Assembly: GCF_006345805.1 (NCBI RefSeq)
Contig: NC_043002.1
Location: forward strand, 67,456,001-67,520,000
Direction of reading: 5' to 3'
DNA length: 64,000 nucleotides
Source: Octopus sinensis
Taxonomy: Eukaryota
The translations under genes and the position numbers were made by a program. This document shows positions 37,501 to 50,786 of the stretch, piece after piece (the stretch's first letter is position 1; the number at the start of each line of letters is the position of its first letter). The notes below the pieces were generated by a model, which was not told where the DNA came from, did no database searches, and saw only the letters and a list, made by a program, of their open reading frames with translations.

Positions 37501-40500
37501 TAATTAACAATGTTCTCACAGAAATTAGAAAGCCATGATACTGGTTGTATGATGGTGATACTTGTTTACAATTATCACAATATCAAGACAAGGAAGCACA
37601 CACACACAATGGGCTTCTTTCAGTTTCTGTCTACCTACCAAATTCACTCACAAGGCTTTGGTTGGTTTTGGGGCTATAGTAGAAGCCCAAGGGGGTCTGC
37701 CCTAAAACTATGTGGTTGAGAAGCAAACTTCTTAATCAAACAGCCCAGGCTTGCTTATATTTTTCAATTAATTTTGAAAAAAAGAAAAACAAATTGTCGG
37801 GATTTAATAAAATAACTAACTTTTGTCATTATTGTTCCAACTTTTGGTTTGGAACATAATGTTCTGACATAAAACCATCATGGAAGGTTTTTATCTAAAT
37901 TTAGAAACTTATTAACAGAAGATTTTGTATCATAGAATCAGTGGCAATCTCAGATAGGTTGATATCAAAATGGTTAAATATTATACCTGTCTTTTATGTG
38001 TAGAATGAATAGTTTATATCTGCCTTGTCCAAACTCTTGTAAGTTACCTTGATTGCCATACTTAACTCATTTCTTTCATAACTGGTTAATAATTCTTTAT
38101 TTTCTCTTTCTCTCTCTCTTTCTCATTAGTACACAGTCATCATCATCATCATCAGCGTTTAACGTCCGCTTTCCATGCTAGCATGGGTTGGACGATTTGA
38201 CTGAGGACTGGCGAACCAGATGGCTGTACCAGGCTCCAATCTGATCTGGCAGAGTTTCTACAGCTAGATGCACTTCCTAATGCCAACCACTCTGAGAGTG
38301 TAGTGGGTGCTTTTACGTGCCACCGGCACAAGGGCCAGTCAGGCGGTACTGGTAATGGCCATGCTCAAATGGGGTTTTTTACATGCCACCTGCACAGGAG
38401 CCAGTCCAGCACCACTGGCAACGACCTCACTTGAATGTTTTTTCAGTAAGGCGATGCTGGTAACGATCACGCTCGAATGGTGCTTTTTACATGCTACCGG
38501 CACGGAAGCCAGTCAGCTGCTCTGGCAACAATCACGCTCAGTTGCATCTAATTCAATATTTATCTCTCTTTTTTTAATCCTTTTGATACCACCCTACCTG
38601 AAACCAAGCCCACTCATTCTATGATACAAACTTCCTCTTTCAAAGTGATCTAAATCAAAACTTTATCCTCAAAATTTCAGACTACTTTATATTTCAAAAA
38701 CCATCATAATAATGATGAAGTTATTTTATGAAATTCTTCATTATTTTCCAAATTAATTGAAACAAATGCTGTATATTTTCAGCAGAAATATAGTAACAAA
38801 AGTGTTTAAGTTGCCATTCATATAGCAAAGGTCACTTCCATTTCTGAAATTTGATTCATCTAACTTCTACTGTAAATATAATTTTTAATATGAATGTAAG
38901 AATGTTGCTCACTACCAGGTGTATTACATTTATAATATTTCTAAAGTGTTATGTGTTATTTTGTTTCAGAACTCTGAACAGAAATGTTCTAACCAAGATA
39001 AAAGTCCATTCTATTCTGTAAACACTGCTGGTGGAAAACTCTTTCCTGTTATTGTTTTAAATAAGGTAAATTGTGCCATATTCCAAAATATTTTTTTGAA
39101 CTTTCATATTTCTATGTTATTTTCTTTAACCCTGTCGTTACTGTATTTATTTTGAGATGTTCTGTGTTTCTTTCAATTACTTTAAATATAACAAAGAATT
39201 TAGTAAAATAACTTAGTTATCATTCAGCTAGTGTTAGGAACATAAATTGTGACTAAGGTTTGGTGGAAGATTTTAATTCAAAACTTATGAAAACAAGACA
39301 TTTGTACTTAGAGCCATTTGTACTTCAGCTGGGTTCGTAACGAAAGAGTTAAATCAGGCTCATTTTTTTTTTACTCCCCTTCTCTCATCACCTGTTTCCT
39401 CCTACCTCAGAAGTTTTCTAGCTTTTTCTCTTGTGTCCATAGGGCTTACAACTGAATTTCTTATTTGTTGATGTCTGTAAGTAATGTGTGGCAAATGTCC
39501 AATGGAAATTTGATGGATCAAGGATCCCATTAATTTTATGTGTCAGTCATTCATCTTGTAATCCATTATCTATGGTAGGTTGTAATGAAGTAGCTAAGAA
39601 TTCTTTCTTGGTTGAAAACATTGTCATTATTTGTGCCAAAAAAAAAAAAAATAAAGAATGGGTTGCAACCTAGCAGAATCGTTAGCACATCAGACAATTA
39701 GTAGCATTTTTTCCAGCTCTTTATGTTCTGAATTCAAATGCCACCAAGATCAATTTTGACACAATCTCTGAACTATTCATATTTTTATTTCAATGTCTTT
39801 TTTCCAATTTTCTTTTTGTTTAGGACCAGTTCCTTTTCTGCTGTTTACCATTTGTGGATTCAGCATCTCATTCCAAACCTTTCCTTATTGAAATGTAAGT
39901 TAAGCTTTAAAAAATCCTTTACTTTGATTCTTTGAAATAAATTGCTTAATGGTGATTAGTGTTTAGATAGTATTTTTTTATTCATAAAAATTAATTTTGG
40001 TTGGACACAAAACCTGTTCTGCTTTGGCCCTTTTCTCTTGGACTTTATTCATATCACTTTCCCATCTCCTAGCATAAAGTTACCTCTTGATGTTTGTAGA
40101 CTCACTGATGCTGGCAGCATGAAAACAAGCACCTAGCACATGTTGTAAAGTTGGTGTTAGGAAGGGTATCCAGTCATAGCAACCATGCCAAAGCACAATG
40201 CAGTCCTTGTGTCCATCAGATCTGATCAAACTGTCCACCCGATGCCAGCATGGAACATGGACATTAAATAATGATGGTGATACTTTGAATCAACCAAATA
40301 GAGTAGTGGCTATGTTTAAGAATCACAAAAGCCAAGCTACAGAGCGTTTGGTAAGAAACTCTCTAGAACAAGCTGAATAGCAGAAGACTTTCAGTAAAGA
40401 AAATGCACCCTTCTTATGAAAATGTTTTGGCCCTTAACTCCTTACATTCTAAGAATATTGGGCTATATCCAGGCCATGACCCCGGGATATGCTTCTACCA

Positions 40501-42057
40501 CTTTTCCAAGGGTTATATAAATCCTTTCCATCATAGCGTCTTGTTACAATCTTCTGCACCTATTTTAATATCCTGATTAATGTCAACAAAGAGATAACTC
40601 ACTGAAATTTGAAGCAACTTAAAAGACTTAAGGATTGTGTTTCTTTAAATCTGTTGTTCTCAACCATTTGTTTTTACCTACAAATCCCTTTGATTCCTAG
40701 TCATTCGATGTTTCAAAAATCCCATTACATTTTTATAATTAAATATTATAAAGAACTGTATAAAAAAAAATTGTTAAAACATTTTGTGCATCGTGGGAGT
40801 ACAACCAATTTATTGCAGATAAATCTTAACAAAATCATACAAGCCCCTCCCCCCACAAGGGTCCCATGGACCTCAGTTGAGAACCACTGCTTTAAATGAA
40901 AGCCCTTCCAAAAAGAGAAGTAATAGATCTTTCACATAATTCTGTATCTTTCTTTAATTTAGTCCTGGTGTAACATTGTGTCACGGTTTGCTGAGTGCCT
41001 TATCTGATATTGTACATACTTCACACTTAAATAATGAGGTAAGTCAAGGGGTTTGAGTTTGTTTTTTCTTTTTTTTTTCTTTTTACTATTATAGATTTAT
41101 TTTTATCACTATAGATTTTTATAGGCAGATATAGGCACTATAGATTTTTATAAGGCAGTGAGGTGGCAGAATTGTTATCATGTGGGCGATGCTGGTGCCA
41201 GCCCTGGTCAATCTATCCAACCCATGCCAGCAAGGACAACGGACATTAAATGATGATGATGACATTGGGCAAAATGCTTAGCAACATTTCTTTCGAACTC
41301 TTTACATTCTGAGTTCAAATTCTGCCCAGAATGGCTTTGACTTTCATCCTTGCAGACTCGATAACATAAGGTACTTGTCAAGTACTGGGAGTTGGTGACA
41401 TCAACCATTACACTTCCCCTCAAATTTGCTAGCCTTATACCTAAATCAGGTTGATTGTCTTTAGGTTCTGAGTTCAAGTTACGCAGAGGTCAACTTTGCC
41501 TTTCATCCTTTCAGGATTGATGTAAAGAGTACCAGTTGAGCACTGGAGTCAATGTAATCAACTTACCCTGCTCCCCCCCCCCAACTTTCTGGCCTTGTGC
41601 CAAAATTTAAAACCATTATTATTATAATTATTATTCTTAACAATATGTGATATCCATAAAGCATTTGGATCTCATTGTGTTTATTTTCCTACAATTATCT
41701 GTTTGGAATCTACAAGATGAAAGAAAACATAATTCAGATTGTAATCTGAGTAGTAATTGTTTGAATATCCTCTGTATATATGTAACTTCTCAGAAATGTT
41801 CCTCTGGTATTTTCAGAATTCTTTATTCAATGATATATCCACATTTCTGATTGAAACTGTACCTTTAGGGAAAATACGCGATGTTAATTTGACGTCAATC
41901 AATGCTAAAATTGCCAATAAATCAATCTTTGCTGCCGGAAATCAAAAAGTAAGTGGAAATCTTTGTATATTGACAAAAAATTTATTCTAAGTATATTATC
42001 TGTTAGGAATTAAGATGTAGATTTCTTCGGACTAAGGGTGAAGACAAATTTATATAT

Positions 42058-42098
<41 letters not shown>

Positions 42099-42881
42099 GT
42101 GTCCCAGTGAGGTGGGGAAGGATGTGCCATTGCAGCATGTTGCTGCATTCACCATTTGTCAGTATATTCCTGGGTCCTTCTGGGTAACCCATTGGGCTTC
42201 AGAATTCCCCTGTATAGTATGGCTTATAAATTATCTTGTAAGCAACAAAACCTTCATCTGTGAAACAAGCAGTTGTAATTGATAAGAAGCTAATAGCCAT
42301 TTTTGAACTAAGAAAATTTTACTGTCATTTCCACCCCAGTCAGTCACCATCTCCATGAGATATCTCATCTGCTGTGACCATGTGACTTGGGGTTAACCAA
42401 CACAAGCCCTCAACCCAACTGAATCCTCAGTGAAGAGAATACAGAAGTAATGTTTTGATATGTATGTATCAAAAGATATTCACAAAAATTAATAAAGATA
42501 GTATTAGAAATTATATAAAAGCAAAATTGAAATTATATCAAGAATAACTTTTATATTTTATTTAAATGCCAAAGGGTTTCAGAATTCCCCTGTATAGTAT
42601 GGGTTATAAATTATCTTGTTAGCAACAAAACCTTCATCTGTGAAACAAGCAGTTGTAATTGATAAGAAGCTAATAGCAATTTCTGAACTGAGAAAATTTT
42701 ACTGTCATTCCCACCAAATGCTGATATCCTTGGTAGCTGTGTGGTAAGAAGCTTGCTTCCCAACCACATGGTTCTGGGTTCAGTCCCACTGCATGGCACC
42801 TTGAGCAAGTGACTTCTACTCTAGCCTCGGGCCAACCAAAGCCTTGTGAATGGATTTGGTAGACGGAAACTGAAAGAAGCC

Positions 42882-42917
<36 letters not shown>

Positions 42918-43326
42918 ATAAATATTAGGGAATAAATCCAAATTTACAGGGAAAAAATCAGATTTAGGATTAAATCCAATTTTATAGTAAAATATTATAA
43001 AATATTATTAGAGACAAAACCACTATTTTGCAAAACAAACAAGGAAAGACTTAATCAATACATAAAATTTTAATAAATAGTCAAAAAAACCGCCACTACA
43101 ATCGTTTCTTGTCTTGATCGACAATCTTCAGGTGGACTTCCAATAAGTCAGTTTCAAATTATGAAGTCATAATTTGAAACTGACTTATTGGAAGTCCACC
43201 TGAAGATTGTCGATCAAGACAAGAAACGATTGTAGTGGCGGTTTTTTTTGACTATTTATTAAAATTTTATGTATTGATTAAGTCTTTCCTTGTTTGTTTT
43301 GCAAAATAGTGGTTTTGTCTCTAATA

Positions 43327-43375
<49 letters not shown>

Positions 43376-45137
43376 TAAGCAATAAAGGGTTTAGCAACGA
43401 ATTGCCTTACCACATACCGAATTTAGAAATAGCAGTCAAAGGGTTTTAGCTATTTCTTCTACTAAAAAGGAGATCTCAGTAAAAACAGCAATTTGAAGGC
43501 AGACACAAACAGGTAAGAGAGAATGAATTGACGGCAATCTATCATACATTTTTAAGTTATCTACGGACGTACGTTTCGAAATCAAGTTTTTAGGAAAGCA
43601 TAAGAATTAAATATTAAATATTAAATAATTCTATCTTACCGAAACTTCTTTTCTCTTCAGCGTAGAATACTATAATCATAAATGATTATATATTGAATTT
43701 TGAGATACTAGAAGGCATCAACTCAACTCAGTATCAGAGCGAGCTAGAATCCGCAACTAGTATCACCGAATTCAATTTGTGAATGAAACGATTGTGTCAC
43801 CAGCCCCTTCCCACCCGCGTGTAGCCAAAACAAGATGCTGTGGTCATCTACTGAGATAAAATATGGTTATCCGTAATAATGAAGGGTGAAATTAATTAAT
43901 TTGGAATAATTATCAATTACACCAAGTAGTCTTCGGCATGTAAAAGCCTCATTCGAGGAAAATTTAAGTAATACTAAGCAATAAAGGGTTTAGCAACGAA
44001 TTGCCTTACCACAACCGAATTTAGAAATAGCAGTCAAAGGGTTTTAGCTATTTCTTCTACTAAAAAGGAGATCTCAGTAAAAACAGCAATTTGAAGGCAG
44101 ACACAAACAGGTAAGAGAGAATGAATTGACGGCAATCTATCATACATTTTTAAGTTATCTACGGACGTACGTTTCGAAATCAAGTTTTTAGGAAAGCATA
44201 AGAATTAAATATTAAATATTAAATAATTCTATCTTACCGAAACTTCTTTTCTCTTCAGCGTAGAATACTATAATCATAAATGATTTATATTGAATTTTGA
44301 GATACTAGAAGGCATCAACTCAACTCAGTATCAGAGCGAGCTAGAATCCGCAACTAGTATCACCGAATTCAATTTGTGAATGAAACGATTGTGTCACCAG
44401 CCCCTTCCCACCGCGTGTAGCCAAAACAAGATGCTGGTCATCTACTGAGATAAAATATGGTTATCCGTAATAATGAAGGTGAAATTAATTAATTTGGAAT
44501 AATTATCAATTACACCAAGTAGTCTTCGGCATGTAAAAGCCTCATTCGAGGAAAATTTAAGTAATACTAAGCAATAAAGGGTTTAGCAACGAATTGCCTT
44601 ACCACATACCGAATTTAGAAATAGCAGTCAAAGGGTTTTAGCTATTTTTCTACTAAAAAGGAGATCTCAGTAAAAACAGCAATTTGAAGGCAGACACAAA
44701 CAGGTAAGAGAGAATGAATTGACGGCAATCTATCATACATTTTTAAGTTATCTACGGACGTACGTTTCGAAATCAAGTTTTTAGGAAAGCATAAGAATTA
44801 AATATTAAATATTAAATAATTCTATCTTACCGAAACTTCTTTTCTCTTCAGCGTAGAATACTATAATCATAAATGATTATATATTGAATTTTGAGATACT
44901 AGAAGGCATCAACTCAACTCAGTATCAGAGCGAGCTAGAATCCGCAACTAGTATCACCGAATTCAATTTGTGAATGAAACGATTGTGTCACCAGCCCCTT
45001 CCCACCCGCGTGTAGCCAAAACAAGATATATGTATATATATATATATATATACATATATATGTATATATATATATATACATATATATGTATATATATAAT
45101 ATATATATATATACATATATATATATACATATATATG

Positions 45138-45179
<42 letters not shown>

Positions 45180-48100
45180 TATATATATGTATATATATAT
45201 GTATAATATATATATATAATATATATGTATATGTTTGTGTGTGTCTATGCTTGTCCCCACCACCATCGCTTGACAATTGATGCTGGTGTGTTTACATCCT
45301 CGTGACTTAGCTGTTCGGCAAAGAGACCAATAGAATAAGTACTAGGCTTACAAAGAACAAGTCCTGGGATCGATTTGTTCGACTAAAGGCAGTGCTCCAG
45401 CATGACCACAGTCAACAAGTAAAAGAAAAAAAGAATAAAGTGACATCACTTCACTTTTATTGTCTTTATTCTAGATTAGTTCACAATGGTCAGCACCCTG
45501 TATTATACCATGTAAGAAATTTAAACATTAAGAATTTTGCTTCCCAACCATGTTTTGGTTTCAGTCCTATTGTGTGTCACTTCAGGCAAGTGTCTTCTAC
45601 AATAGCTTTGAGTTGACCAAAGCCTTGTGAGTGAATTTGGTAATCTGGTGCAGCACTCCGGCTTGTCTGCTCCTGTCAAACCATCCAACCCATGCCAGCA
45701 TGAAAAACAGACATTAATTGATGACGATGATGATGAACCTGAAAGAAGCTCATAATATGCTTGTGGTGGGAGTTGCTGTCTCTTTGCCTTTACATCACAT
45801 GATTGTTGACATCTAGTGTCACCATCATACAAGCAATGTCTGTGATTTCCAGACTTTCGCAAAAACATGTCTGGTCTTGGGGAAACATAACATTACTTGG
45901 AAACAGGTGAGGGTTGGTGACATGGCATTGAGCTGCAGAGTATCCACCTTTATAAATTCCATCTGATCCATGTGAGCAGTAAACTAGAGCTTTTACACTT
46001 AAGATTTATTGGCCATAGGTTTCAGATCTGTTCAGATTCTTATTAATTTTTGAAGCAATGATAATAAATGATTGAATTTTTGTTCATCGTTTGTTCATAT
46101 CTTTGTATTTCGCAGCAACCTGCTTGGAGACCTAATACACACAAGGGGAGAAATCAAATCTATATTTGTGTCTCTGAAAATGTTAGAGCTGCTATTGTAA
46201 GTAAAATCTATTCAAAGTTTTCAGTACCATTATTATTGTTGTTGTTGAGTTATAAGCATTTTAGAATTGTTCAGCTTCTTTTCTTCTCTTTTTAATTATA
46301 TATATTTTTTAATTATATATATGCACTGCATCCTTTAAAACCTCCATGCTTCCTGAAATTCGCCAACTCTGCACCTGATATCCCCACCTCCATGCACATA
46401 CACACATATATTTTATGACTCTTACACTGTTCACTTTCTTGACTTTTGTACATAATTCTATGTACTGTACATACACCTTTGATGAGTTGTAGGGCACCTG
46501 AACGCTATGCATAATAATTTCATTATTATTATTATATTTATTATATATCATATACATATATATATAGATATACACGCACCCACACATATATATAGACACA
46601 CACACACACACACATATACGCATACACACACACTCATGCACACATAGCAAATTGGCAGAGTCATTAGAGCATTGGCTGGAATGCCTCATAGTATGTGTTA
46701 CAACTCTTCGCACACTGAGTTCAAATCCCACAGAGCATTAATGACAAACTAATGGCAGTGGTAAGAGTATTTCTTAGAATAACTAATTAAAATTAAAATA
46801 CTAGTATTTTAAAATTACGGACATAAAAACTTAAGAATGTTTGTTAGAAAGTACCTTCATACTACATTCCTGGCTTTTACTTTAATTTTTTTTTTTAGCT
46901 TAGCTTTTTGCACTGAATGAATTGAAATAAATGTTAAAGACAAAAGAGAGACTCATGACCGACAAAATTGCAGTAATAGAGATTTTAGTGTTGTACATAG
47001 TATGCTTATTCTGTCTATTTATCTTTCCTTCCAAATTTTGTGGCGGATATTAAAAGTAGCTTAGATGACCTTCACACTCTCTAAACCAGAGGATCTATTA
47101 TACAGTGACATTTACATAAGCATGTTGTTATCAATTGATGATATTGTGTTAATTGAGTTGTGAAATCTTGTTTGTTTGTTTGTTTGTGTTTTTTTTTCTT
47201 TCTTTTCTAAAATAAAAAAATGATAGAGGAAATCATTTATTATTTTCTTTTTCTACGGAAAGAAAAACTTACAGAATTTATCACCTTCCATTCATTTAAC
47301 GTTTTATTTCGGTACGTAGAGACAGAGTAAGCTCCCTTTATAATTTTGAAATAAAATTACGTATTTGATGGTATAAAAAATGCCTGGGCATATTAGATGC
47401 CTCCAATTTCAGCAGCACATATTCAAGAAAAAAAGTTCTTAATGCATTAAAACATGTAATGTAGGCTCAACTTTGTATATAGGACCCAGGGTGATTTTTG
47501 GAAACTTTCTTTTTTCTTTTTTTTCTTTTTTCTTTTTTTTTTTTAGAAAAATGTGTTTTATACACCATCAAATACATTATCATCATCATTTAACATCTGC
47601 TTTCCTTGCAAGCATGGGTAGGACAATTTCACGAGGAATTGACAAGCTACAGGGCTACATCAAGTTCCAATGTATCTTTGGTGTAGATTCCATAGCTGGA
47701 TGCCCTTCATAATGCCAACCACTTTACAGAATGTAGTGGATGCTTTTTGCATGTCACTGGCACAAATACGATAATAAGGAAATTTGTATCATAGAATCAA
47801 GGATGATCTCCAGAAGGCTGGTATCAAAAGGGCTAAAGAGAAATTATGAAACCAATATCTCACTCAATTAAAGTATCAATCCTCAAAAGAGAGAATTGTA
47901 TTTTTTGTAAACACACAAAGGATTTTCAAACACATTCGAGAAGAAAGTACTTTCTACAATCTAAAAGTATTAAAGAATCCCACCCAGATTTAAAACACTG
48001 GCTGATGATGATGATGATAACATGGGTTGTCAAGTAAAAAAGAAAAAAAAAATTTATCTGATAACTGAATATAATGTCATTCATTACACAAGACTTTGTG

Positions 48101-48809
48101 AAAAATTCACAGAAATTACTGCATCATATTTTTTTTACTGTAATCTCATTGGTTTATTTTCTTTCAGTGTGGAACCAATCAGAAGGGAAATGACTGGGAA
48201 GTGTATGGCAGGGTGACATGTAAGTGTGATCTGGATGGTATTGTTCCTGAGGTCACACTCAACATTATCCAAATGCCTACAAATGAAAGATTCTGTTTGG
48301 ATAATTTTACAGTTCACCCCTGTGTTCAAAGTGCTGATGTTGATGACGCATTAGGTAAGAATACATTAATTTCTATTTAAATTCTGTCAGATTATTATTT
48401 TTCTACTTTAGGCACAAGGCCTAAAGTTTTGGGGGAGTTGGGGCCAGTCAATTAGATCGATCCCAGTATGCAACTGGTACTTAATTTATCAACCCTGAAA
48501 GGATGAAAGGCAAAGTCGACCACTGCGGAATTTGAACTCAGAACATAAAGGCAGATGAAATACCGTTAAGCATTTCGCCCGGCATGCTAACCCTTCTGCC
48601 AGTTCACTGTCTTTCAGTCAGATTATATTAGATATGATCTGAGACCCAGATGGTTAAGAAGTCTGCTTCCAACCACGTTATTTTGGGTTCAGTCCCACTA
48701 AATGGTACCTTGGGCAAGTGTTTTCTGCTATAGTCCTGAGCCAGAGTAGAAGACATCTGTAAGTGTATTTGATAGACAGAAATTGAAAGAAACCTATGGT
48801 GTATATATT

Positions 48810-48846
<37 letters not shown>

Positions 48847-50747
48847 CACACAAACGCATATATATATATTAGTGTGGGTGTGTTTGTCTTATGTTGCTTT
48901 GTTTTGATCTATGATAGATACAAGTATCACTGTCACACATGTTGTGTCTTTCATTTCCAATCTTCCATGAAAATACATTTGGCCATGGGGGAATATTGCC
49001 TTACTGGGAGACAGTTGAGGGTTGTTGACAGGAAGGGCATCTGTCCTTAGAAAATCTCCTTCAACAAATTCCATCTGACCCATGCAAGCATCAAAAAGTG
49101 GACGTGAAAACAGTGGTGATGATGATGATGACTCTTCTTTCTGTCATTTGACTGTGACCATGCTGGAGCACTGCTTTGAAGGATTTTAGTCAAGCAGATC
49201 AACCCCAGGACGTATTCTTTGTAGAATTATTGAATTGGTCCCTTTTGCTGAACTGCTAAGTTACAGGGATGTAAACACACCAGCATTAGTTGTCAAGTGG
49301 TGATGGGGGACAAGCACAGACACAGACACAAACACACACACACACATATGCACACATATATATATGACAGGCTTCTTTCAGTTTCCGTCTACCAATCCAC
49401 TCACAAAGCTTTGGTTGACCTGAGGCTATAGTAGAAGATACTTGCCCAAGATGGAATCGTGTGTCAGAGAAACACTCTGGAACTTCTGGAGCTCTCACAG
49501 TCTCATCCGACCCTCACAATATGGATTTGTCCCTAACTCCAGCTGCAGTGATCAGCTTGTCGAGTTCCTTGAGGACATTACTCAGATCACTGACAGTGGC
49601 TCATGGGTGGATGTTGTCTACCTTGACTTTGCTAAGGCTTTCAACTCTGTGCCACACAAAAGGCTTATGGTGAAACTCTCTGCAATGGGTGTGAGGGATG
49701 ACCTTTTTAACTGGTTGAAATCCTTCATTCTCAGCCGAAAGGAGGTAGTCACAGTTCTAGGACAGCATTCTACACCATATGAGATGTCATCTGGTGTACC
49801 GCAGGGATCTGTCCTTGGTCCCCTCTTGTTTGTGGCATACATTAATGACATAGATGCCAATTTAAAGAATGCCACAGTATTGAAATATGCAGACGACATC
49901 AAGCTGTACCTTGAAATCAAGAGGACAGATCCTGATGTCTACAACTCTTTCCTGCAATCAGACCTAGACACTATGCAGCAATGGATCACAGACTGGCAAC
50001 TGAAACTGGCTGTGGACAAGTGTACCACCATGCATTTTGGGAGAAAAAACCCTGCGTCCACATACTCCCTCCACAACACTGATATCAAGAAATCCTCCTG
50101 CGAGCGTGACCTAGGCATCACTGTCAGCAGTGATTTGCGTTGGACAAAGCATATCTCTAAAATTGTCAAGAAGGCCGAGGGTGTCTTGGCATCACTCAGC
50201 AAGACTTTTGTTAGCCGCTCTCCAGCCATCTATTTAAAACTGTATACAGCTATGGTACGACCACACTTGGAATTCGCATCATCAGTTTGGAACCCCTATC
50301 TTGCTCAGAGCATTGACCTCCTGGAATCTGTCCAGAGGCATGCAACCAAACGCATACCCTCCATCAGACACCTACCATATTCTGAGCGCCTTGTTTCCCT
50401 GGGCATGGATTCACTGAGGCTCCGGCGTCTGGCGACGGACTTGGTAAACACCCACAAAGTTATCAACCACCTCACCAACAACAACACTGAACACCTTTTT
50501 GATCTCCATGTGTCTAACACACGTGGACATGCCTACAATGTCAGAAAACAACACAGCTCCCATGACTTTCGGAAACATTTTTTCACGCTCAGAGTTGCTG
50601 AAGCATGGAATAAACTGCCTGCGTCAGTTGTTGACTGCCATGACACTGCATCCTTTAAGGCCCTCATGCTTTCCGAAATCCGCCGAAACTACACCTGATT
50701 ATATATACACTTTAGATGAGTTGTAGTGCACCTGAGCACTGTACACA

Positions 50748-50786
<39 letters not shown>

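Larger units (their letters stand above)
42996..43337. repeat. Near-perfect palindrome with ~170-bp arms and a 2-nt spacer (43165-43166), probably Penelope-like
   Basis: The arms are reverse complements apart from one A7/T8 run; each arm carries a hammerhead. Confidence 0.93.
43372..45026 (-). repeat. Tandem array, ~2.8 copies of a ~599-bp non-coding unit, each with a hammerhead ribozyme
   Basis: Unit starts at 43372, 43971 and 44564. Units differ only by small deletions. The array is bounded by (TA)n on both sides. Confidence 0.97.
42731..45425 (+). mobile_element. Family A SINE split by the hammerhead cassette
   Basis: 5' half at 42731-~42890; 3' half resumes at ~45225. Confidence 0.8.

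Noticed and set aside
41660-41793. Alternative AP5M1 exon (YLFGIYKM) and acceptor at 41793
   Set aside because: No good acceptor and wrong phase; exons 40963-41038 and 41817-41948 fit better.
43925-43965. Second hammerhead-like motif in each array unit (minus: CTCGAATGA-GGC-ttttacat-GCC-GAAGACT)
   Set aside because: The core does not match CUGANGA, GAAA is broken and no stem I or III is evident; at most a remnant.
43372-45026. Array as CRISPR or rDNA/snRNA repeat
   Set aside because: No repeat-spacer structure and no recognisable rRNA or snRNA sequence; eukaryotic intron context.
44935-45276. Ile/Tyr-rich ORFs here and similar ORFs at 46309, 54066, 58059, 60390
   Set aside because: Translations of (TA)n/(CA)n microsatellites and SINE bodies.
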